Source: Raphidiopsis brookii D9 (GTDB lineage: Bacteria; Cyanobacteriota; Cyanobacteriia; Cyanobacteriales; Nostocaceae). Taken from it: DNA of 32,000 bases. The first letter of the stretch is position 1. Each line of letters opens with the position of its first letter. The notes below the pieces were generated by a model. The model saw only the letters and a list, made by a program, of their open reading frames with translations, did no database searches and was not told where the DNA came from. The DNA is taken from contig ACYB01000006.1 of assembly GCA_000175855.1 (NCBI GenBank), positions 1 through 32,000 on the forward strand, written 5' to 3'. The translations under genes and the position numbers were made by a program. Of the stretch, positions 1 to 9,404 are shown piece by piece.

Positions 1-522
1 TTGGGGGGATCCAATCCTATTTAACACGCCACAGAAAAACACCCTTCTCTCCCAGGATTTTTTGGAGAATGGTAAAAAAGTGCGATCTCGCGTAGCGAGT
101 GCTTTGCAAACGCACTGGGAGTAATTTGTAAATGTGGTGGATATTCCCTTACCTCCCCTTTCTCAAGGGAATTTTATCAAGGTCATTGAGTGCGATCGCT
201 CGTAGGGAGTGGTTCCCCAATAAACTTCCCTGATTGTTCTCAAGGGAAAATTTGAAGGGGGTTAACAGGACTATCTCCCATAGTGACTGCAGTGCGATCT
301 CGCATGGTGAGTGCTTCGCAAACGCTTTCCCCTAGTTATTCTCAAGGGAATGGGGGCGGTTAAAAAGGCGATCGCAATTTTGGAGAATGAAAATGTGGGG
401 AGGATAGTTTTAACGGGGGTTAAGGGCGATCAGTGCTGCGAGTGCTTGGTAAATCCACTTCGTTCTGGAGATCTTAAATAAATACTCACTCAATAAGGTC
501 TAAGCTCTTTGGATCCCCCCAA
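1..522. repeat. Composite non-coding repeat block closed by a perfect 14-bp inverted repeat; its left end is probably cut by the window edge
   Basis: TTGGGGGGATCCAA at 1-14 is the exact reverse complement of TTGGATCCCCCCAA at 509-522. Bases 1-60 resemble 893-950 of the downstream repeat unit. GGCGATCGCAATTTTGGAGAATGAAAA at 367-393 is an inverted copy of 953-979. No convincing ORF. Confidence 0.7.
78..470. repeat. Four to five degenerate direct repeats of roughly 100 bp, each starting with a HIP1-like core followed by a short hairpin
   Basis: Related starts at about 80, 190, 291, 367 and 423: GTGCGATCTCGCGTAGCGAGTGCTTTGCAAACGC, GTGCGATCGCTCGTAGGGAGTGG, GTGCGATCTCGCATGGTGAGTGCTTCGCAAACGC, GGCGATCGC, GGCGATCAGTGCTGCGAGTGCTTGG. 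TCTCAAGGGAA recurs at about 161, 238 and 340. In the first copy CTCGC-GTA-GCGAG and the outer AGTGCG/CGCACT can pair. Confidence 0.6.
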
Positions 523-531
523 CCCCCCTTA

Positions 532-1565
532 CCAGAGCCTTTTTACCATCATTTTTGGGCTGGTTTTTAATATTAATTAATCCGAAATTACGAAAAAAAG
601 GCGCGATCGCTGTGTGGAAAAGGGTTTTGAAAAAATCATTTTGCAATTTACCACCGACTTTGAAAACGCCCTGCTTAAAAAGGGGGGCTAAATGCTTTAT
701 GTTTAGCTTAGTAGAGGTTAGAGCTGCTTATATTATAATAAATGGGGTAAGTGCTAGGGAGGAAAGAAAAACTATAGTTTTAACGGGGGTTAATAGGGCG
801 CGTGCATTCACTATGCTATACATTAACGGAATTCACAATATAAATATTTTTACACATCATGTTTAATCTAAAAGCCCCCCTTTTTAAGGGGGTTGGGGGG
901 AATCCAATGCTATTAAACACTCCCACAGAAAAAACACTCTTCTCCCCCAGGGCGTTTTCATTCTCCAAAATTGCGATCGCCAGAACCTTTTTACCATCAA
1001 TTTTTGGGCTGGTTTTTAATATTAATTAATCCGAAATTACGAAAAAAAGGCGCGATCGCTGTGTGGAAAAGGGTTTTGAAAAAATCATTTTGCAATTTAC
1101 CACCGACTTTGAAAACGCCCTGCTTAAAAAGGGGGGCTAAATGCTTTATGTTTAGCTTAGTAGAGGTTAGAGCTGCTTATATTATAATAAATGGGGTAAG
1201 TGCTAGGGAGGAAAGAAAAACTATAGTTTTAACGGGGGTTAATAGGGCGCGTGCATTCACTATGCTATACATTAACGGAATTCACAATATAAATATTTTT
1301 ACACATCATGTTTAATCTAAAAGCCCCCCTTTTTAAGGGGGTTGGGGGGGATCCAATGCTATTAAACACTCCCACAGAAAAAACACTCTTCTCCCCCAGG
1401 GCGTTTTCATTCTCCAAAATTGCGATCGCCAGAACCTTTTTACCATCAATGTTTGGGCTGGTTTTTAATATTAATTAATCCAAAATTACGAAAAAAAGGC
1501 GCGATCGCTCTGTGGAAAAGGGTTTTGAAAAAATCATTTTGCAATTTACCACCGACTTTGAAAAC
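532..1565. repeat. Tandem direct repeat, 449-bp unit, about 2.3 copies (532-892 partial, 893-1341 full, 1342-1565 truncated)
   Basis: The ORF-track translations at 555-866 and 971-1315 are identical over 103 aa, and 1420-1605 matches with a few substitutions. The offset is 449 bp (558 to 1007 to 1456). Each unit carries HIP1 sites and a 7-bp-stem GC hairpin, CCCCCTT-TTT-AAGGGGG, at 876-892 and 1325-1341. Confidence 0.9.
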
Positions 1566-1802
1566 ACCTATCCTATTCAACTCCCAGCATTTGCATTCGT
1601 TTTAGCTCAAGTGTTTTAACTGGAGTTTAGACTGAGGAGCGATCGCCTTTCTCCAATGCTTAATAAAACGTAATAAAAACAAGCAAGTAAAATGCTTGCC
1701 AAGTAGATTCGGGTAGTGTTATGCTCATACAGCATCATTATCTGACTAAGTTTATAACATTTTAACTCTATAACATTCAGACAAATTAAAGAAAGGAATA
1801 AA

Positions 1803-4800
1803 ATGACCTTCACATCAGGACAGTTACAAATTGTCAGAAATAGCCAAGACGAAAAAACTCGTGTGGAAGCATTACGGCAATTGTTAGGATATCCGGTGAA
1901 AGAACTGGATCGGGAAGGTTCACGGTTTTGGTATTTACGTCCTGGTAATGATGAAGAGGAAGCAGCGGAAACTTGCCCTATTGCAGTGGGCTTTTATGAG
2001 GAACTGGTGGATGTAACAGACTCAGAAGCCAGGAAATTTTTGACTGCTCAACAACAGCAATGGGAAATTTACGGACACTATATTAATCGTTTTGCAGAAC
2101 AGCAGCCAGTAATGTATTTGCTATTACCCATATTACCCAGTAAAAAGGCATCTGGCAGAGTATCTTTAATACTTCCCGGTGAGGGTAAATTACGTCAAGG
2201 GCAAATTCAAACTTTTAATTGGGATGATAACCAACTACTTTCACGACTAAAGAGATTGAGACAGGATGAGTTATCTATTGCTAGTAAAGCAATGATGTCT
2301 ATCCCTTTGGTGGAATGGGTATTTTATGAGCCGATTAATACTGCTCAAGAGTTAGCCAAACAATTAGCAGCAGCAGCTCGTAGTATTGAAGAAGCCATAC
2401 CCAAAGTTTACGACCAAGAACCAGAACAGGGGTATTTACATAAATTACTCAAAAGTTTTAAAAGGGAATTATTACCTTCCCTCAAACTGAGTTCAGATAG
2501 TGAAAAAGATTACAGTTTTGCTGATATTTATGCCCAAACTATAGCTTATGCTTTATTCACTGCTAGAGTGTTTGGATATGTGAGAGATAGGAGAGAAGGA
2601 AGGGTAAATAAACCCACATATTTTAACCGAGATACAGCTTGGCAACAATTACCAGAAACTAATCCATTTCTGCGTCAATTATTTCAAGATGTTTCAGAAC
2701 GCCAAGCTGGGGAATTAGGTGAGGAATTAATAGCAGCAATTTCTGATATTTTCGCTATCCTCCGTGCAACTAAAATGGATGCGATTTTGTCAGATTTTGA
2801 CATGAAAATGAACCGAGAAGATATTGTGATTAGGTTCTATGAAGATTTTTTAGCAACATATAAACCCCAAATGCGAGAACGTCGGGGGGTTTATTACACA
2901 CCCGAACCCGTGGTTTCTTACATGGTGCGTTCTGTAGATATTTTGGTGAAAGAAAAGTTTAATAAACCTTTGGGTTTAGCAGATCCAACAGTGACGATTC
3001 TTGACCCTGCTTGTGGTACGGGTACGTTTCTATTATATATTTTTCAACTTATCTATCAACGGTTTCAGGAGTCACCTGCAGCACTGACGGAAGGCTTAGT
3101 TGATAAGTCTTGGTCCGGGTATGTTAAGGAAAGGTTATTACCAAGAATATTTGGTTTTGAATTGTTGATGTCTCCCTATGCTATTTGTCATTTAAAATTA
3201 GGGTTATTTTTAGAGGAGACAGGGTATCAGTTTGATAATAATCAAAGGTTAGGAATTTACTTGATTAATACTTTAGAGGATATTAAGTTAAGGGAAGAAA
3301 CCCAGCAATTAAGTTTAAATATCCCCCAGATGGAACAATTAATTGCTGAAGAGGCGAAAGCGGGAGCTAGGATTAAAAAGCAAGAACCAATTATGGTAGT
3401 GATTGGTAATCCTCCCTATTCAGGACATTCGGAAAATAACAATCCTTGGATTAAGGGATTAGTCAATAGTTATTACTTTGTAGATGGTAAACCATTGGGT
3501 GAAAGAAATCCTAAATATTTACAGGATGATTATGTTAAATTTATTCGTTTTGGTCAGTGGAGAATTGATGAATCAGGTCAAGGGATATTAGCTTTTATTA
3601 CTAATCACGGATTTTTAGATAACCCCACATTTAGGGGAATGCGTCAGCATTTGATGAATAGTTTCCATGGCATTTACATATATGATTTACACGGAAATAG
3701 CAAGAAAAAGGAAACTGATATTGATGGAGGCAAGGATGAAAATGTGTTTGATATTCAGCAAGGAGTAAGTATTACTTTAGCTGTTAAGAGTGGAGATAAA
3801 TACATTAATTATTCTGATTTATACGGTTCAAAGACATATAAATATGATGTATTGAATGAGAGTACATTTAATAGTACTAAGTTTATCAAATTAAAACCTC
3901 AATCCGAGTTTTACTTACTAATTAAACAAGATAGTAATCTATCAACAGAATATGAAGATTATCCTAAGATAAATCAGGTAATACCCTTTTATTCTACAGG
4001 AATTAAAACCCATCGAGATCATTTTGTATTTGATTTTGATTACAAAAACTTGTACCATAGAATTAGAGATTTTAGAGATTTAATTATTGGTCACGAAGAT
4101 CTTGTTAAGAAATATAGTTTAACAGATACAAAAGATTGGAAAATAACTGCAAAACGGGAATCTTTAGCATCTAATCTTGATTGGCAAAACTACTTTACCA
4201 AATGTGTTTATCGACCATTTGATCTCCGTGAATATTATCATCATGAAGATGCTGTTGATCGGCCCAGAAATAATATAATGTCTCATTTAATTAGGTCTAG
4301 TAATGTTGCTCTAGTTCTTGCTAGACAACAATCACAACAGGGTAATTGGCGATTGGTCATGGTGACAAACTTTCTAACAGAATGTTGTTCAATTTCCAAC
4401 AAAACTAAGGAAACTGGCTATATTTTTCCCCTTTACCTATACCCCGACACAAATCAACCTCAAGAACTGCAACAAAAAAAACGCCCCAACTTTTCAGAAG
4501 AATTCCTCAAAAAAATAGAAATAAACCTGGGTTATCTCCCCACACCAGAAACCATATTCTACTATATCTATGCCATCTTCCACTCCCCCACCTACCGCAC
4601 GAGATATGCCGAATTTCTGAAAATAGACTTCCCCCGCGTTCCCCTCACTAGAAACAATAACCTATTTTGTCAACTTGCAGAATGTGGAGAACAATTAGTA
4701 GCCCTGCACCTCATGAAATCACCCAAATTAAATAACCTTATCACCCAATTTACCCCAAATGGAGGTAATTCAATAGTAGATGCGGGATATCCTAAATATA

Positions 4801-5039
4801 CCCAAAATGCAGTATTCATCAACAAAAAAGGTGACAAATTTGTGGGAGTACCCGAAGAAGTTTGGAACTTTTATATAGGAGGTTATCAAGTTGGTCAAAA
4901 ATGGCTCAAGGATCGTAAGGGACGCACCCTAAGTGATGATGATATCCAACACTACCAGAAAATTGTGGTAGCACTCCAGCAAACCATAGCCACTATGACC
5001 AGTATTGACACAGTAATTCCAGAATGGCCCATTTACTAA
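1803..5039 (+). CDS. N6-adenine DNA methyltransferase, type ISP / type IIG-like family (MTase plus C-terminal target-recognition domain); no nuclease or helicase domain recognised
   Basis: 1078-aa ORF. SAM motif I DPACGTGTF is at aa 401-409 (nt 3003-3029) and catalytic motif IV NPPY at aa 536-539 (nt 3408-3419). The upstream helical motif FADIYAQTIAYALFTAR and YYTPEPVV are typical of MmeI/PglX/type ISP gamma-class MTases. The C-terminal FPRVP ... GGYQVGQKWLKDRKGR matches my recollection of the type ISP specificity domain. Confidence 0.85.
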   Translation: MTFTSGQLQIVRNSQDEKTRVEALRQLLGYPVKELDREGSRFWYLRPGNDEEEAAETCPIAVGFYEELVDVTDSEARKFLTAQQQQWEIYGHYINRFAEQQPVMYLLLPILPSKKASGRVSLILPGEGKLRQGQIQTFNWDDNQLLSRLKRLRQDELSIASKAMMSIPLVEWVFYEPINTAQELAKQLAAAARSIEEAIPKVYDQEPEQGYLHKLLKSFKRELLPSLKLSSDSEKDYSFADIYAQTIAYALFTARVFGYVRDRREGRVNKPTYFNRDTAWQQLPETNPFLRQLFQDVSERQAGELGEELIAAISDIFAILRATKMDAILSDFDMKMNREDIVIRFYEDFLATYKPQMRERRGVYYTPEPVVSYMVRSVDILVKEKFNKPLGLADPTVTILDPACGTGTFLLYIFQLIYQRFQESPAALTEGLVDKSWSGYVKERLLPRIFGFELLMSPYAICHLKLGLFLEETGYQFDNNQRLGIYLINTLEDIKLREETQQLSLNIPQMEQLIAEEAKAGARIKKQEPIMVVIGNPPYSGHSENNNPWIKGLVNSYYFVDGKPLGERNPKYLQDDYVKFIRFGQWRIDESGQGILAFITNHGFLDNPTFRGMRQHLMNSFHGIYIYDLHGNSKKKETDIDGGKDENVFDIQQGVSITLAVKSGDKYINYSDLYGSKTYKYDVLNESTFNSTKFIKLKPQSEFYLLIKQDSNLSTEYEDYPKINQVIPFYSTGIKTHRDHFVFDFDYKNLYHRIRDFRDLIIGHEDLVKKYSLTDTKDWKITAKRESLASNLDWQNYFTKCVYRPFDLREYYHHEDAVDRPRNNIMSHLIRSSNVALVLARQQSQQGNWRLVMVTNFLTECCSISNKTKETGYIFPLYLYPDTNQPQELQQKKRPNFSEEFLKKIEINLGYLPTPETIFYYIYAIFHSPTYRTRYAEFLKIDFPRVPLTRNNNLFCQLAECGEQLVALHLMKSPKLNNLITQFTPNGGNSIVDAGYPKYTQNAVFINKKGDKFVGVPEEVWNFYIGGYQVGQKWLKDRKGRTLSDDDIQHYQKIVVALQQTIATMTSIDTVIPEWPIY

Positions 5040-5049
5040 ATAACTAACC

Positions 5050-5208
5050 ATGATAGAAAACTACATCCAACAGCTGATACGTAAACAACGACCTTACTAC
5101 CTTATCCAAGGTACACCCATCAAAGGTGTAAATAATCAGTATTGGGTAGTTTTCAAACATCGAGATTCACATAACCTCCTGCATAAGGAATTAAATCTAC
5201 CAGTCTAG
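5050..5208 (+). CDS. Small hypothetical ORF (52 aa) starting 10 nt after the methyltransferase stop
   Basis: Translated by hand: MIENYIQQLIRKQRPYYLIQGTPIKGVNNQYWVVFKHRDSHNLLHKELNLPV. It is below the ORF-track cutoff, no similarity was recognised, and its position is the only support. Confidence 0.2.
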   Translation: MIENYIQQLIRKQRPYYLIQGTPIKGVNNQYWVVFKHRDSHNLLHKELNLPV

Positions 5209-5324
5209 AGATTTCTTTAGCAGCACTTTTGTTGAGGGCATAAATTAGCGATCGCTCTCTCCCAGTCCTCATAGAGGAGTCCCAAGCTCACACTCACCCG
5301 AAGGGAAGTGTGTGGAGTATGTCA

Positions 5325-5912
5325 CTAGAACCTAGATATATTCAGATCCACCTGGTGCAACAGTGATTCTAGATCAGAAGAATTGTCTAAAACAACATCC
5401 GCACGAGTAACTTTTTGCTCTAATGGTAATTGACTGTTAATTCTTGCTATTGCTTGTGCTTCAGTTAAATCATTCCGACTCATTAGTCGTTGTTTTTGTA
5501 TTTCACCTTCACAATACACAACCCAAATCTCACTAACTAGATTCTCTAAACCTGCTTCAAATAAAAGGGGAATCACCAAAACTAAGGTCTCATGCGGTGA
5601 CCCCTCAATAGTTTTTAAAAAACAATTCCTGACATAAGGATGAATCAAATTTTCCACCCAGGAGCGTTCAGAGGATTGATTAAAAATAATTTCTGCCAAT
5701 TTTTTCCGATTTAAACTCCCATCTGTGAGCAAAATCTCTTCACCATAACGTTCTGCAATCTCTCCAAGAATTACTGAATCCTTCCCTACTGCATCTCTGG
5801 CATAAATATCCGCATCTAAAATAGGTAACTTGTATACACTTGCTAAATAATTAGCCACAGTACTTTTACCCGTAGCAATGCCCCCTGTTAAACCAATTAA
5901 TCTTTTTGTCAT
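5325..5912 (-). CDS. coaE: Dephospho-CoA kinase
   Basis: 195 aa with N-terminal P-loop GLTGGIATGKST. The length and the overall CoaE pattern (ILDADIYARD, VIPLLFE) fit. Confidence 0.9.
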   Translation of the reverse strand: MTKRLIGLTGGIATGKSTVANYLASVYKLPILDADIYARDAVGKDSVILGEIAERYGEEILLTDGSLNRKKLAEIIFNQSSERSWVENLIHPYVRNCFLKTIEGSPHETLVLVIPLLFEAGLENLVSEIWVVYCEGEIQKQRLMSRNDLTEAQAIARINSQLPLEQKVTRADVVLDNSSDLESLLHQVDLNISRF

Positions 5913-5973
5913 GAAAATTGAGTATATCTACTTACCACATAAAGTTTACCACCACACCTAAATCTGACCAAGT

Positions 5974-7422
5974 CTAATTACGACAAATTTGATTGACCAA
6001 ATTACCATCCTTATCTACTAATTCTATAACTAAAGGCATTTTACCAAAAGCGTGGGTAGAACAACTTAAGCAGGGATCAAATGCCCGGATACCAGCCTCA
6101 ACCCGATTTAACATCCCCTCTTGAATCTGACTACCCTGAATAAAATGACGAGCAATTTGAGCAACTGTACGATTCATTGCCAGATTATTTTGACCAGTAG
6201 CAATAATCAAATTCACCTTTTGGATTAAACCATTTTCATCAATACGATAATGATGGAATAAGGTTCCCCTTGGTGCTTCACTTACCCCCACTGCTTCTAA
6301 TCGGTTAATTCCAGCTGCTGCTCGTAGACGGGTTGATAAAATATCAGGGTCATCCAATAAAATTTCTATGTGTTCAACAGAAGCCAAAATTTCAATTAAC
6401 CGCGCATAATGATAAAAGAAAGAAGATTTCACAGTTCCACTACCATAAGTGCGAAATTCCCTTAGTTCCTGATCTGCTAATGGAGTGCCAATTTGACTAC
6501 AAATATTCAATCTAGCTAGAGGTCCAACCCGATACATTCCACTATCTAAACGACAATGATCTTTGCTATCGGGATAACCTAAAGGACGATAATAGGGAGA
6601 TTTCAAATAGGAATCTTCTTGCACTGCTTCACCGATAAATTCATGATAATTATCCGCCTCTAATTTATCAGCAACAATGTTTCCCCCACTATCTACAAAA
6701 CGTAAATGACCATCGTAGGTCTCCCATAAACCTTGAGGGGTTACTAGTCCCATAAACAAACTGGGGAAATTACCAAAAGTTTGGGCTTCTTTTTGATAGT
6801 TCTCCAGCAGCTTTTTAAATAAAGCTATGGCATTTAAAACCGTGGATTTAGCTTCGGGAATACGGTTTTGTATGTGGCTACGATTTTCTGTGGTGAGAGG
6901 GTCGCTAACCCCACCGGGAACGGCCCAAGCAGGATGGATTTTTTTGCCTCCTAATAATTCAATAATTTCCTGTCCAAATTGTCGTAATCGAATGCCACCT
7001 CTAGCTAATTCTGGATCGACGCCAATTAAACCAAAAACATTTCGTTTAGCTGGTTCGCTATCCATACCCAATAATAAATCTGGGGCACTGAGGTGAAAGA
7101 AACTCAAAGCATGGGATTGAATTATTTGCCCTAAATTCATGAGACGACGCAATTTTGTTGCCACTTCCGGAATGGTGACAGACAAGATTTTATCCCCCGT
7201 TTTTGCCGATGCTAATAAATGACTTACCGGACAAATTCCACAGATTCTAGCTGTAATTCCAGGCATTTCTGGAAAAGGACGACCAACACAAAACTTTTCA
7301 AACCCGCGAAATTCTGTTACGTGAAACCGTGCATCATCTACATGACCTTCATCGTCTAAGTAAATGCTAATTTTGGCGTGGCCTTCAATCCGGGTAACAG
7401 GGTCAATAACTATTTTTTTCAT
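5974..7422 (-). CDS. hoxH: Bidirectional [NiFe] hydrogenase large subunit HoxH
   Basis: 482 aa with N-terminal RIEGH and [10 protein letters not shown] Ni-binding motifs. The C-terminal DPCLSCSTH is followed by a 25-aa extension of the kind removed by a maturation endopeptidase. Confidence 0.95.
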   Translation of the reverse strand: MKKIVIDPVTRIEGHAKISIYLDDEGHVDDARFHVTEFRGFEKFCVGRPFPEMPGITARICGICPVSHLLASAKTGDKILSVTIPEVATKLRRLMNLGQIIQSHALSFFHLSAPDLLLGMDSEPAKRNVFGLIGVDPELARGGIRLRQFGQEIIELLGGKKIHPAWAVPGGVSDPLTTENRSHIQNRIPEAKSTVLNAIALFKKLLENYQKEAQTFGNFPSLFMGLVTPQGLWETYDGHLRFVDSGGNIVADKLEADNYHEFIGEAVQEDSYLKSPYYRPLGYPDSKDHCRLDSGMYRVGPLARLNICSQIGTPLADQELREFRTYGSGTVKSSFFYHYARLIEILASVEHIEILLDDPDILSTRLRAAAGINRLEAVGVSEAPRGTLFHHYRIDENGLIQKVNLIIATGQNNLAMNRTVAQIARHFIQGSQIQEGMLNRVEAGIRAFDPCLSCSTHAFGKMPLVIELVDKDGNLVNQICRN

Positions 7423-7443
7423 GGTTTTTTGCGTAACCTGGTT

Positions 7444-8061
7444 TTATAAATCGTACATTCTACTTTCTGGAAATTCTGGAAACTCATCACAAAACTCTTC
7501 AAATGCTGTTTTTGAAGGTTTCTCAACTCTTTGATGGGCAATTTCAGCTTGCATTTCTTCTATTACATCCCAAGCAGATGCGCATTCGGGTGAGTTAATA
7601 CCTTTGTTACTACAAACAATTCGTGCTTTTCTAATTTCATCTTGTAATTGCTGCTCCAAAAGAATTGTATGGGGTTTTTCTAGGGTGACACTTCCTACCA
7701 AAATATCTGTTAATGAGATTATTCCCATTAGTTCACCACTAATTACTGGAGCATGGTGGAGATTATATTGAGCAAATAATTTGGCCACATATTCTAAACC
7801 CAGTTCTGGATTAACTACTATACAAGGTTTAGTCATTATTTCATAAACACGGACTTTATTTGTTTCTTTACCATAAGCTATAATTTTATAAATGATGTCG
7901 CTTTCTGTGAGTATTCCATAAGCATCTTGTTCATGACGACGATCTACTATTAATACGCGCCAATCTCTAGCTTTCATTAAATCAATGGCTTCTTTTACAG
8001 TAGCAGAACTACGAATTGTTGCCACATCTTTAGTCATTACATCTGCTGCTTTTAACATCAT
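7444..8061 (-). CDS. CBS-pair domain fused to a CP12-like C-terminal domain (CBS-CP12 fusion protein)
   Basis: 205 aa. Residues about 5-125 look like a tandem CBS pair. Residues about 135-205 carry CP12 hallmarks: a C150-x9-C160 pair, an AWDVIEEM core (AWD at 163-165) and the tail C191DEFPEFPES200RMYDL. That tail resembles the CP12 C-terminal loop, but Ser sits where the second Cys normally is. Confidence 0.8.
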   Translation of the reverse strand: MMLKAADVMTKDVATIRSSATVKEAIDLMKARDWRVLIVDRRHEQDAYGILTESDIIYKIIAYGKETNKVRVYEIMTKPCIVVNPELGLEYVAKLFAQYNLHHAPVISGELMGIISLTDILVGSVTLEKPHTILLEQQLQDEIRKARIVCSNKGINSPECASAWDVIEEMQAEIAHQRVEKPSKTAFEEFCDEFPEFPESRMYDL

Positions 8062-8075
8062 TTACCTCCATCAGG

Positions 8076-8621
8076 TTATCCAAATTTAATCATCTCTCGC
8101 CCTACCATGGGGGGTGTTTCTCCTCTTAATAATGGCTCTAATGTTGCTCTAATTCTTGTAGCTGAAGGTGGACAACCTGGTAAATAAATATCAACATCAA
8201 CTATGTTATGAACTGGAACAACTCGATCAATTAAAGGTGGTACAATTCCCGGTGAGTGGGGAATTTTTTGATTTACATCTGCTCCTTCTATATAGGCTAA
8301 TTGTAAACTTACGTTGGCAGTTCCTGTTAGATTGCGCATGGCAGTTACATTACCTGTAACTGCACAGTCTCCAAAGGAAATAATGGTTTTTGTCCTCTGT
8401 CTAATTTTGTGGATTAACTCTAAATGTTCTTCATTGGCGATCGCCCCTTCTACTAATACCACATCCACGCCTTCTGGATATTCTTTAATATCAGCAATGG
8501 GGCTATAAACTACATCTACCTGAGTGGCTAAATCTATTAACCATTCATCTAGGTCTAAAAATGACATGTGACACCCAGAACATCCACCTAACCATACGGT
8601 TGCTAATTTGATTTTATCCAT
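8076..8621 (-). CDS. hoxY: Bidirectional [NiFe] hydrogenase small subunit HoxY
   Basis: 181 aa with N-terminal GGCSGCHMSFLD and C-terminal LPGCPP Fe-S ligand motifs. It lies between hoxU and hoxH. Confidence 0.93.
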   Translation of the reverse strand: MDKIKLATVWLGGCSGCHMSFLDLDEWLIDLATQVDVVYSPIADIKEYPEGVDVVLVEGAIANEEHLELIHKIRQRTKTIISFGDCAVTGNVTAMRNLTGTANVSLQLAYIEGADVNQKIPHSPGIVPPLIDRVVPVHNIVDVDIYLPGCPPSATRIRATLEPLLRGETPPMVGREMIKFG

Positions 8622-8663
8622 AATGTTTAACTGATAATATGTAAGATGCTAACCACTTAACCA

Positions 8664-9380
8664 CTAAAAGTTCCATTGTTGTTTTTCTCGCGCTGTAACC
8701 AAGAATTCTATTTTACCTCGATCATGTTTCATTTCTTCCACACTTACACCCTTAGTAAACAAAGCTCCTGTGGGACAAGCATTGACACATTTACCACAGG
8801 AAGTACAGGTGAGGGAAGTTCCCCAGGGTTGATTTAAATCCGTAATCAGATGGGATTTTGACCCCCTACCCGCCATATCCCAAGTATGGGCACCTTCGAT
8901 TTCATCACATACCCGCACACAGCGAGTACATAAAACGCAGCGATTGTGGTCAATGGCAAATCTCTCGTGGGAAGTATCAACGCTCCGCTGGGGAAACTGA
9001 TAAGCTAATCGCACGTGATCCATGCCCATTTCTATGGCTAAATCCTGTAATTCACAATTACCATTAGCTACACATACAGAACAGATATGATTCCCCTCTG
9101 CAAATAGCATTTCAATAATTGTTCTTCTATATCTTTGCAGGCGATCGCTTTTAGTTGTGACTTCCATCCCCTCAGAAACCTGAGTCACACAAGCGGGTAG
9201 AAGTTTATTCATCCCGGCAATTTCTACTAGACATAGACGACAAGCACCCACATCTCCCACCCCATCTAAATGACAAAGTGTAGGAATATGTATACCTGAC
9301 TCCTGAGCTGCTTCTAATAAGGTATTATGCTCATGAGCGCTGACCATTTGCCCATCAATTGTCAAAGTCTTTACTGTCAT
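8664..9380 (-). CDS. hoxU: Hydrogenase diaphorase subunit HoxU (2Fe-2S / 4Fe-4S, NuoG-like)
   Basis: 238 aa with an N-terminal 2Fe-2S ferredoxin fold ([18 protein letters not shown]) and two 4Fe-4S motifs ([23 protein letters not shown]). Confidence 0.93.
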   Translation of the reverse strand: MTVKTLTIDGQMVSAHEHNTLLEAAQESGIHIPTLCHLDGVGDVGACRLCLVEIAGMNKLLPACVTQVSEGMEVTTKSDRLQRYRRTIIEMLFAEGNHICSVCVANGNCELQDLAIEMGMDHVRLAYQFPQRSVDTSHERFAIDHNRCVLCTRCVRVCDEIEGAHTWDMAGRGSKSHLITDLNQPWGTSLTCTSCGKCVNACPTGALFTKGVSVEEMKHDRGKIEFLVTAREKQQWNF

Positions 9381-9404
9381 AATGGTCTGATAATTGATTT
9401 GTTT

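Noticed and set aside
60-470. A CRISPR array interpretation of the ~100-bp periodic repeats
   Set aside because: The repeated parts are degenerate (about 80-85 percent identity by eye) and unequal in length and spacing. There are no sharply bounded 28-37-bp identical repeats separated by unique spacers, and there are no cas genes in the window.
555-1605. ORF-track ORFs 555-866, 971-1315 and 1420-1605 as three paralogous protein genes
   Set aside because: They are just the same reading frame of the tandem DNA repeat. Two of them begin at non-ATG codons with no ribosome-binding site. Their composition is not protein-like, and the third copy ends as soon as the repeat diverges. They are better explained as non-coding repeats.
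1616-1813. 65-aa minus-strand ORF overlapping the methyltransferase start
   Set aside because: The translation is AT-rich and low in complexity. The ORF overlaps the MTase start codon region, and no motif or RBS was seen.
1803-5039. Calling the methyltransferase BREX PglX or DISARM DrmMI
   Set aside because: The motifs are shared by the whole gamma-class family. None of the obligatory partners (PglZ, BrxC, BrxL, DrmA or DrmB) is present on either flank within the window.
5279-5320. An imperfect hairpin (CTCACACTCACCC-GAA-GGGAAGTGTGTGGAG) as a terminator between the MTase region and coaE
   Set aside because: The stem needs several mismatches or bulges and no U-tract follows on either strand. 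It is not supported well enough to annotate.
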